A stretch of DNA of 63,513 bases, filler included, from Thermodesulfobacteriota bacterium (GTDB taxonomy: Bacteria; DASVDK01), in NCBI GenBank assembly GCA_036381125.1. It is 8 parts of 8 records of this genome, joined end to end, with 100 filler letters (N's around TTAATTAATTAA, not from the genome) between each part and the next. Parts side by side here need not be neighbours in the genome. Positions count along the whole stretch, not along the records: positions 56,334 to 60,502 come from DASVDK010000305.1; positions 60,603 to 63,513 come from DASVDK010000306.1; 6 more parts are not named here. The stretch is one strand, 5' to 3'. The notes below the pieces were generated by a model. The model worked only from the letters and a program-made list of their open reading frames with translations, had not been told where the DNA came from and did no database searches. Below are positions 58,149 to 63,513 of this stretch, one piece after another. The position numbers and the translations under genes are program-made. Position 1 is the stretch's first letter; each line of letters begins with the position of its first letter.

Positions 58149-59703
58149 CCTCAGCCTCGTCTGGACGGCGGCGGGCGCCCCACGCTCGGCGACCGTTACC
58201 CCGGGCGGCCGGCTGCGCGTCGGCCGGGGGCCGGCGGTCGACCTGGTCGTCGACGCGCCGGGCGTCTCACGCCTCCACGCGCTGCTCGAGGCCGACGACG
58301 ACCGCTGGTGGATCGCCGATGCGGGGAGCGCCAACGGGACGGCCGTCAACGGCGTGCGGCTCGCCGGCCGGGCGCCGCTCGCGCCGGGCGACCGAATCGC
58401 CCTCGGTCCGGTCGTGCTCGCCGTCGCAGCCATCACCGATCGAGGCCGTCCGCTGCCGGATGCCCTCCGCGAGCACCTGCTGACCCGGCTGGCCGAGACG
58501 CTCGATCTGAGGCGCCTCGACCCGGTCGATCTGGGGGCGTCGGCGCTCCGCGGCCGGGCCCGCGAGGCGCTGACCGCCCTCCTCGACGCCGATTCGACGC
58601 TTGCCGCCGAGGCGCCGGCGGCGCGGGCCGGCCTCGTCGAGGACCTCCTCGACGACGCGCTCGGACTCGGGCCCCTCGAGCCGCTGCTTGCCGATCCGAC
58701 GATCACCGAGGTGATGGCCAACGGACCGGCGTGCCTCTACGTCGAGCGAGGAGGCCGGCTCGTCCGGGTCGCGCGCGCCTTCGCCTCGGCGCGTGCGCTC
58801 CGTGCGGCCATCGACCGGATCGTCGCCGCCGTCGGCAGGCGCATCGACGAGACGCAGCCGCTCGTCGACGCGCGCCTGGCCGACGGCTCGCGGGTCCACG
58901 CCATCATTCCCCCCCTCGCCCTCGACGGCCCCGTCCTCACCATCCGCAAGTTCGCGCCCACGCTCCTCAGGCCGTCCGACCTGGTCCGCCTCGGGACGCT
59001 CGACGCGCGCATGGCCGCGTTCCTCGAGGCCTGCGTGCTCGCGCGTCGAAGCCTCGTCATCGCCGGCGGCACGGGGTCGGGCAAGACCACGCTGCTCAAC
59101 CTGGTCGCCTCCCACATCCCGGCCGAGGAGCGGATCGTCACCATCGAGGACGCGGCCGAGCTGCGGCTGCCGCAGCCGCACGTGGTGCGCCTCGAGTCGC
59201 GCCTGCCCAACATCGAGGGCCGCGGCGCGGTCCCGATCCGCGAACTCGTCCGCAACGCGCTCCGCATGCGACCCGACCGGATCGTGGTCGGCGAGGTGCG
59301 CGGCGGGGAGGCGCTCGACATGCTCCAGGCGATGAACACCGGCCACGACGGCTCGCTCACGACCGTGCACGCCAACGGCCCTCGTGACGCGCTCGCCCGC
59401 ATCGAGACGCTCGCGCTCATGGGCGGCGTCGACCTCCCCCACCGGGCCGTGCGCGAGCAGGTCGCCTCCGCCGTCCACGTCGTCGTCCACCAGGCGCGCC
59501 TGCGCGACGGCCGCCGCATCGTCACCGGCATCAGCGAGGTCGTCGGTCTCGAGGGGGCCGTCATCGCCCTCCAGGACCTCTTCCGGGCCAGGCCGGCGCA
59601 CGACGGGCCGCGCTTCGAGGCGACCGGCCTCGTCCCGGCGAGCGCCGAGGCCTTCCGCGACGCGGGCGTGCCGCTCGACACGGCCCTCTTCCGCGCGGGG
59701 TAG
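58141..59703 (+). CDS. cpaF: CpaF/TadA ATPase with N-terminal FHA domain
   Basis: FHA motifs [50 protein letters not shown]. Confidence 0.92.
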   Translation: MTDLSLVWTAAGAPRSATVTPGGRLRVGRGPAVDLVVDAPGVSRLHALLEADDDRWWIADAGSANGTAVNGVRLAGRAPLAPGDRIALGPVVLAVAAITDRGRPLPDALREHLLTRLAETLDLRRLDPVDLGASALRGRAREALTALLDADSTLAAEAPAARAGLVEDLLDDALGLGPLEPLLADPTITEVMANGPACLYVERGGRLVRVARAFASARALRAAIDRIVAAVGRRIDETQPLVDARLADGSRVHAIIPPLALDGPVLTIRKFAPTLLRPSDLVRLGTLDARMAAFLEACVLARRSLVIAGGTGSGKTTLLNLVASHIPAEERIVTIEDAAELRLPQPHVVRLESRLPNIEGRGAVPIRELVRNALRMRPDRIVVGEVRGGEALDMLQAMNTGHDGSLTTVHANGPRDALARIETLALMGGVDLPHRAVREQVASAVHVVVHQARLRDGRRIVTGISEVVGLEGAVIALQDLFRARPAHDGPRFEATGLVPASAEAFRDAGVPLDTALFRAG

Positions 59704-59708
59704 CGTGC

Positions 59709-60305
59709 ATGCACCAGGCGACCGTCCTCGTCGCACCGCTCGCCCGCGGCCTCCGGCGCCGACGCGCGCGGCGCGCCGCCGATCAACTGCCGGACCTCCT
59801 CGGCGCGCTCGCCGCCGGCCTGCGCGCCGGCCGGGCGCTCCCCCAGGCGCTCGCCGACGCGGCCGGCGACACGCCGGCGCCGCTCGGCCACGAGCTGGCC
59901 CTCGTCGTCCGCGAGATCGGCGTCGGGCGGCCGCTCGCCGACGCGCTCGCGGCGCTGCTCGCGCGCCTGCCGACCGAAGACCTGCGCCTCGCCGTCCTGG
60001 CGCTCGACCTGGGCCGGTCGCTCGGCGGCGACCTCGCGGACCTGCTCGACCGGGTCGCCGGCACGATCCGCGAGCGGCAGCGCCTCGAGGCGCGCATCCG
60101 GGTGCTCACCTCGCAGGGGCAGGCGCAGGGGTGGATCCTGGTCCTGCTGCCGCCGGGGCTCGCGGCCGCGATTCACGCCGTGGACCCGACCTATCTCCTG
60201 CCGCTCGTCGACACGCCCGCCGGCCTGACCATCCTCGCCGTCGCGCTCCTGCTCCAGGCGGCCGGCGGGCTCGCCATCGGTCGCATCGTGAGGCTCGAGC
60301 CGTGA
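59709..60305 (+). CDS. tadB: TadB (T2SS F family)
   Basis: QLPDLL...LRAG, GGDLADLLDRVAGTIRER. Confidence 0.85.
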   Translation: MHQATVLVAPLARGLRRRRARRAADQLPDLLGALAAGLRAGRALPQALADAAGDTPAPLGHELALVVREIGVGRPLADALAALLARLPTEDLRLAVLALDLGRSLGGDLADLLDRVAGTIRERQRLEARIRVLTSQGQAQGWILVLLPPGLAAAIHAVDPTYLLPLVDTPAGLTILAVALLLQAAGGLAIGRIVRLEP

Positions 60306-60502
60306 CGCTGCTCGTCGCCCTCCTCTCGGCTGCCGCCCTCCTCGAGGCGGCCTCGGCTCTCGCATGCCTGGCGCCCGGGGCCTCCCGCCGCGCGTTGGTC
60401 CGCCTGCACGAGGAGGCCCACCTGGCGCGGAGAGCCCCCTGGCTCGTCGGCCCGCTCGAGCGGCTGACGTCGAGGCTCGAGCCGCAGGCGGCGCCGAGCG
60501 CC
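60302..60502 (+). CDS. probable TadC N-terminus, truncated
   Basis: GTGA overlap after tadB; hydrophobic N-terminus; call based on position. Confidence 0.5.
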
Positions 60503-60604
60503 NNNNNNNNNNNNNNNNNNNNNNNNNNNNNNNNNNNNNNNNNNNNTTAATTAATTAANNNNNNNNNNNNNNNNNNNNNNNNNNNNNNNNNNNNNNNNNN
60601 NNAG

Positions 60605-61549
60605 GACCTCGTCGACGTACCAGGTGGCGTGGTTGTAGGCGAAGATCGCCTGCCGCAGGTCGGTCTCGCCCCCGGCCGCCTTCAGGTACCGCGCCGCGGC
60701 GCAGATCGCGTCGACCGGGTTGTAGGGGTCCTTGCGGCCGTCCCCGTTGGCGTCGGTCCCGTACGTGTCCCAGGTGGCCGGCATGAACTGCATCCAGCCA
60801 AGCGCGCCGGCGCTCGAGACCGCGAGGTTGGTGCCGAAGCCGGTCTCGATCTTGTTGATGGACGCCAGCACCTGCCACGGAATCCCGTACTGGGTCCCGC
60901 AGGCCTGGTAGATCGGGAGCAGGAACGGCGGGATCTCGAACTGCTGGATGACGAAGCTCGGCACTCCCAGCGGCGCGGGCCCGAAGGGGGCGACGGTGAC
61001 GGTTGGGTTCGACGTGGTTGGGCGGCCGTTGGGCTGGCGCAGCCTCGGCTCGGGGACGTCCATGCTGTGACGGCGCTCGCGACGCGCCTCCGCCCTGCGC
61101 TCGGCCCTCGTCTCGCGGGACGCCCCATGCGGCCGCCCGCCGCGGCCGGCGCTGCCGCCCGGCCCCGCCGCGCCCGGACCGCCTCGGCCCGAGCCGGTCG
61201 TGTCGGTCGTCCCCGTGGTCCCGGTAGTCCCGGTCGTCGTGGTGCCCGTGGTCGAGGTCCCGGTGCCCGTCGACGTGCTGCCGCCGCCGCTCGAGCTGCC
61301 GCCGGTGACCGTGCCGGTGACCGTCCCGGTGGTGTCCTTCACCGTGCCGGTTGTGTCCTTGACCGTCCCCGTGGTGTCCTTGACGGTGTCGGTGACCGTC
61401 CCTGTCGTGTCCTTCACCGTGCCGGTCGTGTCCTTGATCGTGTCCTTGACACCGCCGGTGATCCCGCCCGCGCTCGCGTTCACGGCACCGACCGCTATCG
61501 CCGCGATCGCGACGGCGATGCCGAGGTACACGCGATGCCTCCGTAGCAA
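60605..61549 (-). CDS. secreted lytic murein transglycosylase with Thr-rich repeat N-terminus, 3' truncated
   Basis: Signal peptide; LASINKIETGFG, SSAGALGWMQFMPATW, DAICAAARYL, AIFAYNH. Confidence 0.88.
61300..61452 (-). repeat. coding 21-bp (TVKDTTG) tandem repeats
   Basis: About 5-6 imperfect VKDTTGT units in frame. Confidence 0.8.
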
Positions 61550-61672
61550 CTCTCTCTCCGTCCCTCCGTGGCGGGCCCCGTCCAAGCTGGGAGCGGTCGC
61601 CGCCGTCGTGAGCGCCAGTACCCGCTCTTGTTAGTAGAAAACTGACCGTCGCGCGCCGGTTCCCGGCGCTTC

Positions 61673-63334
61673 TCAGGCCAGAACGGCCTTGCGCGGGTAC
61701 ACGACCTCGGGGTCGGTGAGGACGTTCACCAGGGCCGGGCCGCCGGCCGCGAACGCGCGCTCCAGGGCCGGGCGCAGCTCGTCCGGCTTGGTGACGAGCT
61801 CGGCGTGACAGCCAAGGGCCTCGGCGACCTGGTCGTAGCGGGTCGCCGGGCGAAGCTCCGCCGCCATCGAATAGCCGTAGAGGAACTTCATCGGGTGGTG
61901 CTCGAGGGCCCAGATGCCGTTGTTGCCGACGATCCCGACGACGGGCAGGTTGTGCCGAGCCATGGTGTCGAACTCGAGGCCCGAGAAGCCGAATGCGCCA
62001 TCGCCGAGGAGCAGGCAGATCTGGCGGCCCGGATGCGCCGTGGCGGCGCCGATCGCCTGACCGGGGCCCGCGCCGAGGCAGCCGAAAGGCCCGGGATCCA
62101 TCCAGGCGCCCGGCTCGTACGTCTCGATGAAGCGGCCCGCGTAGGAGACGAAGTCGCCGCCGTCGCCGATCACGATCGCGTTCCGGTCGAGGAGCTGGTT
62201 CAGCTCGCCGTAGATCCGAACGGGGTGGAGCGGCGCGCGGTCGTCGCCGAGGTCCTCCCGCTCGGCCTCGCGCTTCTCCGATTCCGTCTCGCGCAGCGAG
62301 GCGAGCCATTCCTCGTGGCCGCCGTCACCGGACGCCGCCTCGCGGAGGGCGTCGAGCGTGGCGGGGATGTCCCCCACGAGCTCGATCTCCGGCTGGCGCG
62401 TGGCGGTGAGCCGGCTCGCCTCGACGTCGAGCGAGACGATCTTCGTCTCCTCGCCGAACGAGCCGCCGAATCCCAGGCGGAAGTCGAGCGGCACGCCGAC
62501 GACGAGGGCCACGTCCGCCTCCTTCAGCGCCCTGCCCCGCGCCCGCGAGAAGTAGAGCTCGTGGTCGGCCGGCAGGCAGCCCCGGCCCATGCCGTTCAGG
62601 AAGACGGGAATCCCGACTGCCTCGGCGAGCGCGCGGAGCTCCTCCTCCCCCCGCGCCCAGTAGACGCCGGTGCCGGCCATGATCGCCGGACGCTCGGCCC
62701 CGGCGAGGAGCGCCGCCGCCTCATCGGCGCGATCGGCGGGCGACCCCGCCGATCGCTCGGCGGGCTCCGGCGCCTCGGCCTCCGCCTCCTGGAAGACGAC
62801 GTCGAGCGGGTAGTCCACGAACGCCGGGCCGCTGGGCTGCGCGAGCGCCTCGTCGATCGCGGCGGCGGTGAGCTGCGGGATGTGCGCCGTGTCCTTCACC
62901 GTCTGCGCGGACTTGGTGAGCGGCGCGACGAACGGCACGTGGTCGATCTCCTGGAGCGAGCCCGACCCCCAGCGCATCTCCGGGGCCCTGCCCCCGAGCA
63001 CCACGAGCGGCGAGCGGTTCTGCTGCGCGCCGGCGATCGGGCTCATCCCGTTCGTGACGCCCGGGCCCGCGGTCAGGGCGGCCACGCCGGCGCGTCGCGT
63101 CGCCTTGGCAAAGCCCTCGGCCGCCCATGTCGCCGCCGCCTCGTGGCGGGTGTCGACGACCTCGATCCCCTCCTCCCTGCAGCCGTCGTAGATGGAGAAC
63201 AGGTGGCCGCCGGACAGCGTGAACAGATGGCTGACGCCCCGCGAGGCGAGCGTCCGCGCGACCAGCCTCCCGCCGTGGACGGGGCCGCCGCCGCTCTCGT
63301 CCGCCGCTCTCGCGCTCTCGGTGGTGGTCGCCAC
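61673..63334 (-). CDS. acetolactate synthase-like / 2-hydroxyacyl-CoA lyase-like TPP enzyme
   Basis: [38 protein letters not shown]...NN. Confidence 0.9.
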   Translation of the reverse strand: MATTTESARAADESGGGPVHGGRLVARTLASRGVSHLFTLSGGHLFSIYDGCREEGIEVVDTRHEAAATWAAEGFAKATRRAGVAALTAGPGVTNGMSPIAGAQQNRSPLVVLGGRAPEMRWGSGSLQEIDHVPFVAPLTKSAQTVKDTAHIPQLTAAAIDEALAQPSGPAFVDYPLDVVFQEAEAEAPEPAERSAGSPADRADEAAALLAGAERPAIMAGTGVYWARGEEELRALAEAVGIPVFLNGMGRGCLPADHELYFSRARGRALKEADVALVVGVPLDFRLGFGGSFGEETKIVSLDVEASRLTATRQPEIELVGDIPATLDALREAASGDGGHEEWLASLRETESEKREAEREDLGDDRAPLHPVRIYGELNQLLDRNAIVIGDGGDFVSYAGRFIETYEPGAWMDPGPFGCLGAGPGQAIGAATAHPGRQICLLLGDGAFGFSGLEFDTMARHNLPVVGIVGNNGIWALEHHPMKFLYGYSMAAELRPATRYDQVAEALGCHAELVTKPDELRPALERAFAAGGPALVNVLTDPEVVYPRKAVLA

Positions 63335-63513
63335 GGGCCGCGAGACTACTACCGGCCCTACAGCTGGGCGAGGCCTCCGGCCCGCCGAGACTCGCCGAGG
63401 TCGCCGCGCGTCGGGTCGAGGTCTCCGCGCCGGCCGTCGCCCCGGCCGGCCGCCAGCGGCTCCTCACCGGGCTGGACCCCGGCCGCGTCGCGAACACGGG
63501 GCGCGCACAGGCG

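Noticed and set aside
61550-61672. c-di-AMP (ydaO) riboswitch upstream of the lytic transglycosylase
   Set aside because: Only a short GGGAACCGG match; the region is too short and lacks the other conserved elements.

Overview
This is a very GC-rich bacterial window made of 8 unrelated contigs (1-16544, 16645-29401, 29502-39043, 39144-43755, 43856-51034, 51135-56233, 56334-60502, 60603-63513). They are joined by artificial 100-bp spacers (N44-TTAATTAATTAA-N44), so neighbourhoods cannot be read across gaps; it is probably a metagenome-assembled bin. Content: a DUF4105 gene; a NitT/TauT ABC-ureohydrolase operon with an embedded peptidoglycan transglycosylase; a radical SAM gene; a partial type I restriction R subunit ending in a Schlafen/AlbA_2 domain; three catabolic/transport clusters of unknown substrate; the housekeeping run prfA-prmC-murA-hisG-hisD-hisC-hisB; a BTAD/TPR regulator; part of a Tad pilus locus; and a last contig that looks actinobacterial. 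The best candidate for a novel system is the HsdR-Schlafen fusion, which keeps the putative RNase catalytic residues. Also notable are a radical SAM protein with a split Cx26CxxC motif, a racemase-family protein lacking both catalytic cysteines, an IclR gene that appears to need a non-canonical start, and several REP-like palindromic repeats, two of them translated in frame. No rRNA, tRNA, CRISPR array or transposase was recognised. All family assignments come from motif recognition by eye, not database searches.
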